From an uncultured Pelagibacteraceae bacterium (GTDB lineage: Bacteria > Pseudomonadota > Alphaproteobacteria > Pelagibacterales > Pelagibacteraceae): a DNA stretch of 64,000 bases. Numbering within the stretch: the first letter of the stretch is position 1; each line of letters starts with the position of its first letter. The notes beneath the pieces were generated by a model that was given only the letters and a program-made list of their open reading frames with translations, made no database searches and was not told the origin of the DNA. Shown piece after piece: positions 53,982 through 63,541 of the stretch. Position numbers and translations under genes: made by a program. The stretch spans positions 18,041 through 82,040 of the forward strand of contig CABYCY010000004.1 of assembly GCA_902517615.1 (NCBI GenBank). The letters are read 5' to 3'.

Positions 53982-55088
53982 CTAAATTTCTACCATATCA
54001 TCTTTGTGAATAACTTCTGATTTTGAAACATAACCCAATAATTTTTCAATCTCATTAGAGTGATGACCCATAATTTTAGTAACTTCATCAGATGTGAAGG
54101 AACTTAAACCTCTAGCACATTCATTATTTTTTTTATCTAAAACTTTAATATGATCACCTTTATTAAATCTTCCTGAAACTTTCTTGATTCCTGCTGCTAA
54201 CAAACTTTTTCCAGATTTTAATGCTTTTTTAGCACCGTCATCAATTATTACAGCTCCTTTAGGTGCTATAGAACTTATTATCCATTTTTTTCTAGCATCT
54301 AATTTTGAAATCTTTGGAATGAACCAAGTACAGTTATTTTTTTCAATTATTTTTGAAATAGGATTTGAATATAGTCCATTTGCAATAACCATGCTTGTAC
54401 CAGCTAGCTGACATATTTTTGCTGCTTCAATTTTAGTTTGCATACCTCCACTTCCATACTCATTTACACCTTTAATATAAATTTTTTTAAGATCTTTTTT
54501 AAGATCATCAATTTTCTTTATTAGTTTAGCGTCCTTAAAAATTTTAGGATTTTTTGTATATAAACCGTCAACATCAGATAGTAAAATTAGGGTATCTGCA
54601 TTTGTAATTTGTGCAACCCTTGATGCCAACCTATCATTATCCCCATATTTTATTTCACTTGTTGCAATAGTATCATTTTCATTGACCACAGGAATAAAAC
54701 CAAGTTGAAAAAGATTATCAAAAGTTCGTTTTGCATTAAGAGATCTTCTTCTTTCCTCAGTATCCTCCAGTGTAAGCAGAATCTGCGAAATGTTTAATTT
54801 ATATTTTACGAAAGCTTGTGAAAATAAATTCATCAGTTCTATTTGGCCAATAGAAGCAATAGCTTGACTCTTATCTAATTTGATATTTTTTTTATTATAG
54901 TTCATTTTTTTACAACCCAAAGCTATAGCGCCCGAACTAACAATAACTACTTTTTGGTTTTTTTCTTTTAATTTTTTAATATCTTTTGCAAAACTAGATA
55001 ACCACTGTTTCCTGATTTTTTTATTTTGATCAACCAAAAGAGATGATCCAATTTTAATAACAATTATTTTAGAGTTTTTAAGATACAT
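53982..55088 (-). CDS. proB: Glutamate 5-kinase with PUA domain
   Basis: KIGSSLL, VSSGAI, NENDT, GDNDRL, GSGGMQTK, C-terminal PUA (SLLAAGI…VIHKDDM). Confidence 0.96.
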   Translation of the reverse strand: MYLKNSKIIVIKIGSSLLVDQNKKIRKQWLSSFAKDIKKLKEKNQKVVIVSSGAIALGCKKMNYNKKNIKLDKSQAIASIGQIELMNLFSQAFVKYKLNISQILLTLEDTEERRRSLNAKRTFDNLFQLGFIPVVNENDTIATSEIKYGDNDRLASRVAQITNADTLILLSDVDGLYTKNPKIFKDAKLIKKIDDLKKDLKKIYIKGVNEYGSGGMQTKIEAAKICQLAGTSMVIANGLYSNPISKIIEKNNCTWFIPKISKLDARKKWIISSIAPKGAVIIDDGAKKALKSGKSLLAAGIKKVSGRFNKGDHIKVLDKKNNECARGLSSFTSDEVTKIMGHHSNEIEKLLGYVSKSEVIHKDDMVEI

Positions 55089-56061
55089 AGGATAAAAGTT
55101 TTGCTTTAATTTTCGATATAGATTTTTTTTCTAGAGTTGTCATTGTCATAATTTCACAATTTCTACCTTTTGAAAAATGGTCTATAACGTCATTTGCTGT
55201 ATCTTCATCAATTAAATCAATTTTATTAAGCACAATTAATTCTTTTTTTTCTAACAACTTTGTACTGTAACTTTTTAATTCATTTTTAACCTGATTATAA
55301 GACTCATTAAGATCTAAGTTAGTAATATCAATTAAGTGCAGTAAAGACTTACATCTTTCTATGTGTTTCAAAAATTGTATACCCAGGCCCACACCTTCGT
55401 GAGCCCCCTCTACTAACCCTGGTATATCTGCAATAGTAATTTCTTTATCATCGTAGGAAGCAACACCAAGATTTGGATTTAGAGTCGTAAATTTATAATT
55501 TGCAATTTTTGGATTTGCATTAGTTAACGCTGCTAACAAACTTGATTTTCCAGCGTTTGGTAAACCAATAATACCTATATCAGCAATTGTTTTTAATTGG
55601 AGCCATATTATAAATTCTTCTCCGATAGTACCTTTAGTAAATTTTCTTGGGGCTCTATTTGTAGAGCTTTTAAATCTTGTATTTCCCAACCCACCTTTTC
55701 CACCGGCTGCAGCAACATATTCTTCACCTTTTTTATTAAAATCAAAAAGGAGAGTTTTGTTATCCTCTTCAAATACTTGTGTACCTAGAGGAACTTTTAA
55801 AATTGAATCTTCACCACTTCTTCCTGTTCGGTTTTGACCAGAACCATTTTCTCCACGTTCAGCTTTATGGTGTTGTTGATATCGGTAGTCAATAAGGGTA
55901 TTTAAATTTTCTTCTGACTTTAAAATAATTGATCCACCTTTACCCCCATCACCGCCATCTGGTCCACCAAACTCTACATACTTCTCTCTTCTAAAACTTG
56001 GGGATCCATCTCCACCGTTTCCAGCTTTAATATATATTTTAACTTGATCGAGAAATTTCAT
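55078..56061 (-). CDS. obgE: GTPase ObgE/CgtA
   Basis: FRREKYVEFGGPDGGDGG, GLPNAGKS, YKFTTL, DIPGL, NKID. Confidence 0.97.
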   Translation of the reverse strand: MKFLDQVKIYIKAGNGGDGSPSFRREKYVEFGGPDGGDGGKGGSIILKSEENLNTLIDYRYQQHHKAERGENGSGQNRTGRSGEDSILKVPLGTQVFEEDNKTLLFDFNKKGEEYVAAAGGKGGLGNTRFKSSTNRAPRKFTKGTIGEEFIIWLQLKTIADIGIIGLPNAGKSSLLAALTNANPKIANYKFTTLNPNLGVASYDDKEITIADIPGLVEGAHEGVGLGIQFLKHIERCKSLLHLIDITNLDLNESYNQVKNELKSYSTKLLEKKELIVLNKIDLIDEDTANDVIDHFSKGRNCEIMTMTTLEKKSISKIKAKLLSYVS

Positions 56062-56092
56062 AATACAACATCTATTTTAATTGGTTGTACTA

Positions 56093-56347
56093 TTAATTGG
56101 GCTTTACAGAAACAAAAGTTCTATCTGACTTAGATTTTTTGAAGACAACTTTTCCTTTGATAACTGAGAAGATTGAATGATCTTTACCCATTCCAACATT
56201 TTCTCCAGGAAAAATCTTAGTTCCTCTTTGTCTTACAATTATATTTCCAGGTATTACTGTTTCACCACCGTACTTTTTAACACCAAGTCTTCTACCAGCA
56301 CTATCTCTTCCGTTTCTTGATGATCCACCTGCTTTTTTTGTTGCCAT
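56093..56347 (-). CDS. rpmA: 50S ribosomal protein L27
   Basis: [29 protein letters not shown]. Confidence 0.98.
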   Translation of the reverse strand: MATKKAGGSSRNGRDSAGRRLGVKKYGGETVIPGNIIVRQRGTKIFPGENVGMGKDHSIFSVIKGKVVFKKSKSDRTFVSVKPN

Positions 56348-56361
56348 AATATACCTAATAC

Positions 56362-56760
56362 TTATTTACTTACAGCTTCTTTCACTTTTTCTTTTTTTGA
56401 AGTTGTAGAAATTTTTTCTGCCTCTGATAAAATTTTACCATCTTTTGAAAAAATCTTATTAATTCTTACCATAGAATATTCTTGTCTATGACCATTTTTT
56501 CTTCTTGAATTTTGTCTTCTTCTTTTTTTGAAGATTAATACTGTTCTATTTTTACTATTTTTAATTAAATCTGCTTCTACTTTAGCGCCTTCAACATTTG
56601 GCGCTCCAATCTCTATAGATTTATCATCTCCATAGGCTAAGATTTCATTAAATTCTACTTTTGCTTCAGGTTTAGAATCTGGTAACTTTTCTATTTTTAG
56701 AATTTCACCAGATTTTACTTTGTATTGTTTTCCACCTGTTTTAATAACTGCGTATGACAT
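56362..56760 (-). CDS. rplU: 50S ribosomal protein L21
   Basis: [30 protein letters not shown]. Confidence 0.97.
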   Translation of the reverse strand: MSYAVIKTGGKQYKVKSGEILKIEKLPDSKPEAKVEFNEILAYGDDKSIEIGAPNVEGAKVEADLIKNSKNRTVLIFKKRRRQNSRRKNGHRQEYSMVRINKIFSKDGKILSEAEKISTTSKKEKVKEAVSK

Positions 56761-56787
56761 AGTATGATCTTTAAATTAAGTTAACGC

Positions 56788-56815
56788 AATATAGTTGTAG
56801 CAATCCTTTAGTCAA
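56788..56815 (-). promoter_or_regulatory. Candidate sigma70 promoter for rplU-rpmA-obgE
   Basis: Minus strand TTGACT-N16-TATATT, 27 nt upstream of the rplU ATG. Confidence 0.6.
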
Positions 56816-56825
56816 GTCGAATTAA

Positions 56826-57545
56826 TTAAAAATTATCCTTTAAATCTCTTAATTTTGAAAAGGTTTCCAGGTTTTTTGCCCTTAAAAAGATGTTGCAGTC
56901 TAATTCATCCTTTACTGTTGTTGGGATTGTGGGCTGACCGTTATCTCTTTGTTTTCTTATAAGTTTAATTTTTTTTTGTAAATTTTGGTTTTCAAAATCA
57001 TGTTTAATACAAAAATTTGCATTATTAAGAGTATATTCATGACCGCAATAAATTTTGGTTTCCTCGGGCAAAGATTTAATTTTATTTAAAGATAAAAACA
57101 TTTCCTCATAAGTACCTTCAAAAATTCTACCACAACCAAGAGAAAAAAGTGTATCTCCAGTAAAAATTAATTTTTCTTTAAAAAAATGAAAACAGATATG
57201 TCCCGTTGTGTGTCCTGGTACATGAATTATTTTAGCTAAAAAGTTTTCAGCTTCCCATATTTCTCCATCCTCTAACAATACTTCAATTCCAGGTATCCTT
57301 TTAGAATCTTTTTTAAAACCTACTACAATTGATTTAAATTTTTTTTTTAAATCTTCATTACCACCAGTATGATCAAAATGATGATGTGTATTAAGAATAT
57401 ATTTTAATTCGATATTTTGTTTCTGTAAGAAATTAATTATAGGAGCAGCCTCACTTGGATCAATTACACATGCAGTATTATTGCTTTCGTCAATAATTAC
57501 ATAACTATAATTATCTTGAAGGCATGGTATTATTTCAACTTGCAT
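56826..57545 (-). CDS. gloB: Hydroxyacylglutathione hydrolase (glyoxalase II)
   Basis: DNYSY, THHHFDHTGG, PGHTTGH, FTGDTLF, GCGR, CGHEYT. Confidence 0.93.
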   Translation of the reverse strand: MQVEIIPCLQDNYSYVIIDESNNTACVIDPSEAAPIINFLQKQNIELKYILNTHHHFDHTGGNEDLKKKFKSIVVGFKKDSKRIPGIEVLLEDGEIWEAENFLAKIIHVPGHTTGHICFHFFKEKLIFTGDTLFSLGCGRIFEGTYEEMFLSLNKIKSLPEETKIYCGHEYTLNNANFCIKHDFENQNLQKKIKLIRKQRDNGQPTIPTTVKDELDCNIFLRAKNLETFSKLRDLKDNF

Positions 57546-57546
57546 A

Positions 57547-58143
57547 TTATTTCTCGATTAAAAATATACCTAGATCTGCAGATAAATTTTTAAACCCTAA
57601 ATTATTATCATTTATTAAAGAGGTATTAAAATTGTTTAATGCCAGTGATTTAAAAATTTTTATATCCTTTGATTTAATAAAATGAACAAAATCTTTTATT
57701 GTACACATATGTAAATTTGCAGTGTTGTACCATTCGTCTGGTAGTGTTTTAGTGATTGGCATTGTTCCTTTAAATAGTAAATGAACTCTTATTCTCCAAT
57801 AACCAAAATTTGGGATTGTTACTATTGCTTTTTTTCCAACTCTTAAAAGTTCGTTCAAAACTAATTCGGGATTTAAAAAAGCCTGAAGTGTTTGACTTAA
57901 AATAACGTAATCGAAAGATTTATCTGGAAATTGTTTCAAATCTGTTTCAGCATTCCCTTCTATCACGGTCAAACCTTTTGCTATGCATTCTTGAACTTTT
58001 TCTTTAGAAATTTCTAATCCTCTAATATTTATATTTTTGTCATCTTCCAAAAATTTCATCAAAGTCCCATCAGCACAACCTACATCTAGTACTTTTTTAT
58101 CTTTTTCGATTAAGTCTGCTATTACCTTGAATTCTTTTTTCAT
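57547..58143 (-). CDS. metW: Methionine biosynthesis protein MetW
   Basis: VLDVGCADG, QGLTV-like KGLTVIEG, VILSQTLQ, PNFGYWR, WYNTANLH; 4-nt overlap with metX. Confidence 0.92.
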   Translation of the reverse strand: MKKEFKVIADLIEKDKKVLDVGCADGTLMKFLEDDKNINIRGLEISKEKVQECIAKGLTVIEGNAETDLKQFPDKSFDYVILSQTLQAFLNPELVLNELLRVGKKAIVTIPNFGYWRIRVHLLFKGTMPITKTLPDEWYNTANLHMCTIKDFVHFIKSKDIKIFKSLALNNFNTSLINDNNLGFKNLSADLGIFLIEK

Positions 58144-59264
58144 TTTTCATTTTCCACATATGATTTATCTAAAAAGTTTTTAAGAGCATTTAAAAAATTA
58201 GGAACATCAAGTAAGAAAGAATCGTGACCTTTATCAGACTCTATTTCGACAAACCCAACATCAGCTCCAATTGAATTTAATGCAATAACGATTTCTTTAT
58301 TTTCCTGAGTTGGATAAAGCCAATCAGAAGTAAAAGAGATTATAAAAAATTTAGCTTTTGTATTTTTAAAAGCTTTTGAAAGATCTCCATCAAATTGCTT
58401 AGCTAAATCAAAGTAATCCATAGCTCTAGTAATATAAAGATAGCTATTTGCATCAAATCGATCAACAAAAACTGAACCTTGATATCTTAAATAACTTTCA
58501 ATTTGAAAGTCTGCATCAAAACCAAATTTAAGATCTTCTCTTTCCTGTAATTTTCTTCCAAATTTTTCCTGCAAACCTTTTTTTGATAGATAGGTTATAT
58601 GAGCAGCCATTCTAGCTACGGCCAATCCTTTACCTGGAATTGTATTGTTGGAAGCATAATTTCCATCTTTCCAATTACTATCGGCTGTAATTGCTTGTCT
58701 TCCTAATTCATTTAACGCAATATTTTGAGCTGAATGACTAGAAGTTGTCGCAATAGGTATTACTGTTTTAGCTTTGTCAGGAAAGTTACTTATAAATTGA
58801 AGAACCTGCATACCACCCATTGAGCCTCCAGTTATAGAAAACAGTTTATCAATATTAAAATGATCAAGTAAATTATATTGTGCGTTAACCATATCATTAA
58901 TCGTAATGACTGGAAAATTGGTTCCAAAAATATTATCGGAGACAGGATCTTTATCGCTCGGTCCATATGAACCCATACATCCACCAATTACATTTGTGCA
59001 GATAACAAAATATTTATTTGTATCAATTGCTTTGTTTGGGCCAACTGCATAGCTCCACCAGCCATCTTTTTTTGTAACAGGATTTATGCCAGTTACATAT
59101 TGATCTCCTGTAAGTGCATGAAATACTAATATAGCATTATTTTTTTTTAAATTGAGTTCTCCGTAAGTTTCGTAGGCTATAGGAAAATTATTTATAGTTT
59201 TACCACAGTCTAGTTTTAGTGGTTTATTAACAATTAAAGTTTTTAAGTTTTTCTCAGTATTCAT
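58140..59264 (-). CDS. metX: Homoserine O-acetyltransferase
   Basis: AYETYG, HALTGD, NVIGGCMGS, GGSMGG, RFDANSY, GHDSFL. Confidence 0.95.
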   Translation of the reverse strand: MNTEKNLKTLIVNKPLKLDCGKTINNFPIAYETYGELNLKKNNAILVFHALTGDQYVTGINPVTKKDGWWSYAVGPNKAIDTNKYFVICTNVIGGCMGSYGPSDKDPVSDNIFGTNFPVITINDMVNAQYNLLDHFNIDKLFSITGGSMGGMQVLQFISNFPDKAKTVIPIATTSSHSAQNIALNELGRQAITADSNWKDGNYASNNTIPGKGLAVARMAAHITYLSKKGLQEKFGRKLQEREDLKFGFDADFQIESYLRYQGSVFVDRFDANSYLYITRAMDYFDLAKQFDGDLSKAFKNTKAKFFIISFTSDWLYPTQENKEIVIALNSIGADVGFVEIESDKGHDSFLLDVPNFLNALKNFLDKSYVENEK

Positions 59265-59295
59265 ATTTTTGCTTTATTTGAATTGTGAGAAAAAA

Positions 59296-59347
59296 AACTA
59301 TTTTAGCGGTTTTTTTTAAGCGCTCGCAATTCAGTTAAATCAGCGCA
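59296..59347 (-). ncRNA. SAM-II riboswitch
   Basis: Minus strand GCGCTGATTTAACTGAATTGCGAGCGC-TTAAAAAAAACC-GCTAAAATAGTT closely matches the SAM-II aptamer pattern (GCGCUGAUUUAAC..AUUGC.AGCGC…GCUAAA); upstream of metX. Confidence 0.92.
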
Positions 59348-59353
59348 TAAATT

Positions 59354-59382
59354 TTTTACAAGATGTTAATTATTATGTCAAT
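59354..59382 (-). promoter_or_regulatory. Candidate promoter for riboswitch-metX
   Basis: Minus strand TTGACA-N17-TAAAAA, a few nt upstream of the aptamer. Confidence 0.5.
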
Positions 59383-59453
59383 TTTTTAAAAAAACCTCTT
59401 ATTCTCTATAAAAATTTGTAATTTTATCTATAAAGAGCTCATAAATTAAAAAA

Positions 59454-60539
59454 ATGAATACTCCAAAATTTAAAAAATTTAACATTGAGGCTTATAAACC
59501 GGGCAAGTCAAAAGTTAAAAAATTAAAAAAAGTAATAAAGTTGTCAGCTAATGAGTCTGCTTTGGGCATGAGTCCTAAAGCTAGAAAACTGATATTAAAT
59601 AAAAATTTAACTTTAGATAAATATCCTGATGGAAGATCTGAAATTTTAAAAAAAGCAATATCCAAAGCTTACAAATGTGATAAAAAAAAAATCATTTGTG
59701 GAGCAGGATCTGATGAAGTTATTCAGATGATTTGTCAATTATTTTTAAATCCAAAAGATGAGGTAGTAATTCCAGAATACAGTTTTTTGATGTACAGAAT
59801 TTATTCAAAAATAGTTGGTGCAAAAATTATATTTGCTAAAGAAATTAACTTTAAAGTTTCAACTAAAGAGATTTTAAAAAAAGTTTCCAGAAAGACAAAA
59901 ATTGTTTTTATAGCAAATCCAAATAACCCAACGGGGACTTACTTGACTAAAAAAGAAGTTTTAGAACTAAGAAAGAAATTAAATAAAAATGTTTTATTAG
60001 TTATTGATGATGCTTACGCTGAATATATGAAAAATTTAAATTATGCCTCTGGATTAGATTTATTTAAAAATAAAGAAAATGTTTTTATTTTGAGAACATT
60101 TTCAAAAATTTTTGGTCTTGCTTCTTTAAGAGTGGGGTGGGGTTATGGTTCAAAAAAAATAATAAATGCATTAAATGTGATCAAACCTCCTTTTAATGTT
60201 AATGGTATCGCTCAATTAGCTGCAGCCGAGTCGCTTAAAGATAAAAAATTTATTAATAAATCAATTAAGCACAATTTATTTTATGCAAATAAGATAAAAA
60301 AGTTTCTTGAAAGTTATCATATTAAATCAAACCCTATATCTGCAAATTTTTTGTTACTTAGTTTCGAAAATTGCAAGTATTCAGCAAAATATCTGTATGA
60401 AAAATTAAAAAATAAGGGAATTATTTTAAGATCAACACAAGATGGTTATCATATAAAGAATAAATTAAGATTAACTATTGGATCAAAAAAAGAAAATATA
60501 AAATTTATGAGCACTGTTAAAAAGGTTCTAAACAAATGA
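59454..60539 (+). CDS. hisC: Histidinol-phosphate aminotransferase
   Basis: KLSANES, YPDG, GAGSDE, ANPNNPTG, IDDAYAEY, RTFSKIFGLASLRVG (PLP Lys). Confidence 0.93.
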   Translation: MNTPKFKKFNIEAYKPGKSKVKKLKKVIKLSANESALGMSPKARKLILNKNLTLDKYPDGRSEILKKAISKAYKCDKKKIICGAGSDEVIQMICQLFLNPKDEVVIPEYSFLMYRIYSKIVGAKIIFAKEINFKVSTKEILKKVSRKTKIVFIANPNNPTGTYLTKKEVLELRKKLNKNVLLVIDDAYAEYMKNLNYASGLDLFKNKENVFILRTFSKIFGLASLRVGWGYGSKKIINALNVIKPPFNVNGIAQLAAAESLKDKKFINKSIKHNLFYANKIKKFLESYHIKSNPISANFLLLSFENCKYSAKYLYEKLKNKGIILRSTQDGYHIKNKLRLTIGSKKENIKFMSTVKKVLNK

Positions 60540-61432
60540 AAAAAGTTTTAATTATTGGGTGTGGACTATTAGGCTCATCTTTATTGAGAAGAATTTATAA
60601 AAAGAATATAGCTAAAAAAATATTTATTTATGAAAAGTCAAAGTCAAAAGTCGCAAGAATTAAAAAATTAAAATTACCTGGAACAATTGTCAAAACATTA
60701 AAAGAAGGAGCGTTGAATTCAGATCTCATTATTTTTTGTACGCCAATGAGTGAATATAAAAAACTTATTCTGAAATTAAATAATTATAATTTGCCAAATA
60801 CTTTAATTACTGACATAGGGTCTTCTAAAATTGAGACCTCGAAAATTATTAAAAAATTTTTAAAGAAAAGTTTAAATTGGACTCAAAGTCACCCAATTGC
60901 AGGATCAGAAGTAAGTGGTCCAGAGCATGGTAGAGAAAATATGTTTGTTGAAAGATGGTGTATATTAATAAGGGATAAAAATACTAAAAAAATTCACTTA
61001 AACTTTTTAAATAAATTTTGGAAAAAAATTGGGTCTAAAATAGTTGTGATGACCCCGGAGAAACATGATAAGATTTTTTCTATAACTAGTCACTTACCCC
61101 ATTTAATTGCATATAATTTGGTTAAATCTGCACAAGATTTTGAGAAAAAGCAAAGCTATGGGTTAATTAAATATAGTGCAGGTGGTTTAAGAGATTTTTC
61201 AAGAATTGCAGCATCTAATGAGATTATGTGGAGAGATATTTTTTTTAATAATAAAGTTAATATTTCAAAAGCAATTGACCTGTTTGTCAAAAATTTAAAT
61301 GCATTTAAGAAAGATATTAACTCTAAAAATAATAAGTCGATCTTGAAAAAACTTATTCAGACTAAAAAGGTAAGATCAAAAATTATTAAGTTAAAACAAG
61401 ATATTGATAAGCCAGATTTTGGTAGAAATTAA
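60536..61432 (+). CDS. tyrA: Prephenate/arogenate (cyclohexadienyl) dehydrogenase
   Basis: IGCGLLGSS, TDIGSSK, SHPIAGSE, HDKIFSITSHLPH, AGGLRDFSRIA. Confidence 0.92.
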   Translation: MKKVLIIGCGLLGSSLLRRIYKKNIAKKIFIYEKSKSKVARIKKLKLPGTIVKTLKEGALNSDLIIFCTPMSEYKKLILKLNNYNLPNTLITDIGSSKIETSKIIKKFLKKSLNWTQSHPIAGSEVSGPEHGRENMFVERWCILIRDKNTKKIHLNFLNKFWKKIGSKIVVMTPEKHDKIFSITSHLPHLIAYNLVKSAQDFEKKQSYGLIKYSAGGLRDFSRIAASNEIMWRDIFFNNKVNISKAIDLFVKNLNAFKKDINSKNNKSILKKLIQTKKVRSKIIKLKQDIDKPDFGRN

Positions 61433-62175
61433 TATTTAATTCTAGACACTTTTTTTACTTCAAGTTTTGCTGTTTCTCTAATTCTATTAATAGTTTTGAT
61501 TATTGGCATAATTAAAACTTTTTTTTTTGGCCCATAAGCATGAATAAGCTTTTTTGAATTTAAACATATTGCAACGTGACCTTTCCAAAATATAACATCA
61601 CCTTTTTTATATTTTATTTTTTTTATTTTTCCTTTTGAATATTTAATTTGGTCCTTTGTGTCTCTTGGGTAGAATATATTATTATAAAGATAAAATATTT
61701 GTAACAAGGCAGAACAGTCAATACCATTAAAGGATTTTCCTCCCCAAATATATTTAACTTTTAAAAACTTTTGAAAAATTTTAACAAAATTTTTTTCTTT
61801 ATAATTTATTTTTTTAATATCTTTTTTTTTAATCCATTTATTTTTTTGAATTTTTATATAACTATCAGTTTCATCTATAGCTGATAATTTTGATCCAAAT
61901 GAAAGCCAACTTTTTGTTCCTAACTTAGGTTTTTTGAAAATTTTTGCTTTTAGATTACTTACTTTGTAATTTGGTTTAATTTTACGAATGTATTGCCTGT
62001 TTTTAATATACCCAACATAATTATCAAATAAGGTTTTAATTTTTAACCACTCTTTATTTCTTGATAAAATTTTAAACTTTTCACCATATATAATCTGAGA
62101 AGCAACCTCAGACGACTTTGACGGTTTTGAGTAGATATTTGTAAAATTACCTATGAAATAAAAATTATTTTGCAC
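61429..62175 (-). CDS. NlpC/P60 cysteine peptidase with N-terminal SH3b-like region (YkfC-like)
   Basis: YIWGGKSFNGIDCSAL, PRDT, GDVIFWKGHVAI, LIHA; SQIIYGE…DNYVGYI SH3-like part; no signal peptide. Confidence 0.88.
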   Translation of the reverse strand: MQNNFYFIGNFTNIYSKPSKSSEVASQIIYGEKFKILSRNKEWLKIKTLFDNYVGYIKNRQYIRKIKPNYKVSNLKAKIFKKPKLGTKSWLSFGSKLSAIDETDSYIKIQKNKWIKKKDIKKINYKEKNFVKIFQKFLKVKYIWGGKSFNGIDCSALLQIFYLYNNIFYPRDTKDQIKYSKGKIKKIKYKKGDVIFWKGHVAICLNSKKLIHAYGPKKKVLIMPIIKTINRIRETAKLEVKKVSRIKY

Positions 62176-63541
62176 TAATCTTAATTTTATCTTTTATAAA
62201 CCACAAGCAAATTAAAGAAGGGATGACCATTATAGTTGTTAGGATAAAAAATGTGCCCCAGTCTCCATTTAACCAATCGACTAAAGCACCTGAAGAAGAT
62301 GCCAATGTTGTTCTACCAGCAGTACCGATTGAAGCAAGCAGAGCATATTGTGTTGCTGTGTAAGTCCTGTCTACTAACAAAGAAATAAATGCAACAAAAG
62401 CAACCGTTGCGAACGCTGCAGTTATGTCATCTGCAATTACTGCAATTGCAAATAAAATTTCAGATTTTCCTGTCCAAGCTAAAACTGCAAATAAAATATT
62501 TGTTATAGCCATTAATCCTCCAGCAAAGAACATTGTTTTTATTGTTCCAGCCCTCATGGCCATCAAACCTCCCAATAATGTGAATACGACTGTTGTAATC
62601 CAACCAAGTCCTTTAGAATAAATTGCAATTTGTCCTTTAGAGAAACCTATTTCTTTATAAAAAACAATAGACATTCTTCCCATGAATGCTTCACCAATTT
62701 TAAATAAGAATACAAAACCTAAAATCCCAGCTGCGATAGCAAAACCATTTTTTTTAAAAAAACTGATGATTGGACCACCAATTGTTCCTGTTATATAAGC
62801 AATAAAGTTAGTTATAATATTGCTAGAACCAAGTTTACCCCCAATTAACTTGTCAGTTTCTTTTTGTTTTGTCTGTCTGTCTGTATCAATTGGCTCATGC
62901 ACAAACATTAAACCGATATTCATTAGAATAATTAAAATACCTAAAATTAAAAAGGTAGCCTGCCAATAATCAACGATACCTATATTTTGAAAAAACTCTG
63001 CTGTGAATAAAGCAACCACTCCACCTAGCTTGTAACCTGTCCACCATCCCACAACAGCCATCGCAGCTCCAGCTGCCATAGATTTTCCTTCATTTTCATT
63101 TATTTGCTCAATCCTTAAAGCATCAACTGTTATATCTTGAGTTGCTGAAGCTATAGCAATAATTAATCCAACAGTTATCAACAAAGCTAAATTTTCAGTT
63201 GGATTAATAAAACTCCATACTAGTAAGCTTAGTAAAATAATTATTTGCATTAAAACTATCCATCCTCTTCGATGACCTAGTCTTTTTGTTAAAAATGGTA
63301 TTTGAATTCTATCTATAATTGGTGCCCATAAATAATTAAAAGCATAAACACCAAAAATTAAACCTGCCCATCCTATTGTAGACCTACTTAGTCCTTCTTC
63401 TTTTAACCATAGACTTAAACTACTCGCAATTAAAACCCAAGGAAAGCCACTGATAGAACCCAGAAGCAGAATTCTTAACATACGGATATCTCTGTAAACC
63501 GAAAGAGATTCGAGCCAAGATTGTTTTTTTACTTCTTTCAT
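62165..63541 (-). CDS. ampG: AmpG-family muropeptide MFS permease
   Basis: LGSISGFP, LWAPIID, SATQDITVDALRIE, FKIGEAF, TATQYALLAS. Confidence 0.9.
   Translation of the reverse strand: MKEVKKQSWLESLSVYRDIRMLRILLLGSISGFPWVLIASSLSLWLKEEGLSRSTIGWAGLIFGVYAFNYLWAPIIDRIQIPFLTKRLGHRRGWIVLMQIIILLSLLVWSFINPTENLALLITVGLIIAIASATQDITVDALRIEQINENEGKSMAAGAAMAVVGWWTGYKLGGVVALFTAEFFQNIGIVDYWQATFLILGILIILMNIGLMFVHEPIDTDRQTKQKETDKLIGGKLGSSNIITNFIAYITGTIGGPIISFFKKNGFAIAAGILGFVFLFKIGEAFMGRMSIVFYKEIGFSKGQIAIYSKGLGWITTVVFTLLGGLMAMRAGTIKTMFFAGGLMAITNILFAVLAWTGKSEILFAIAVIADDITAAFATVAFVAFISLLVDRTYTATQYALLASIGTAGRTTLASSSGALVDWLNGDWGTFFILTTIMVIPSLICLWFIKDKIKISAK

Noticed and set aside
52208-62175. Very Lys-rich, basic sequences of NadD, ProA, ProB, HisC, TyrA and NlpC/P60, as a possible foreign island
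   Set aside because: These are conserved housekeeping genes in normal order with no mobility genes or flanking repeats; AT-driven amino-acid drift is a simpler explanation
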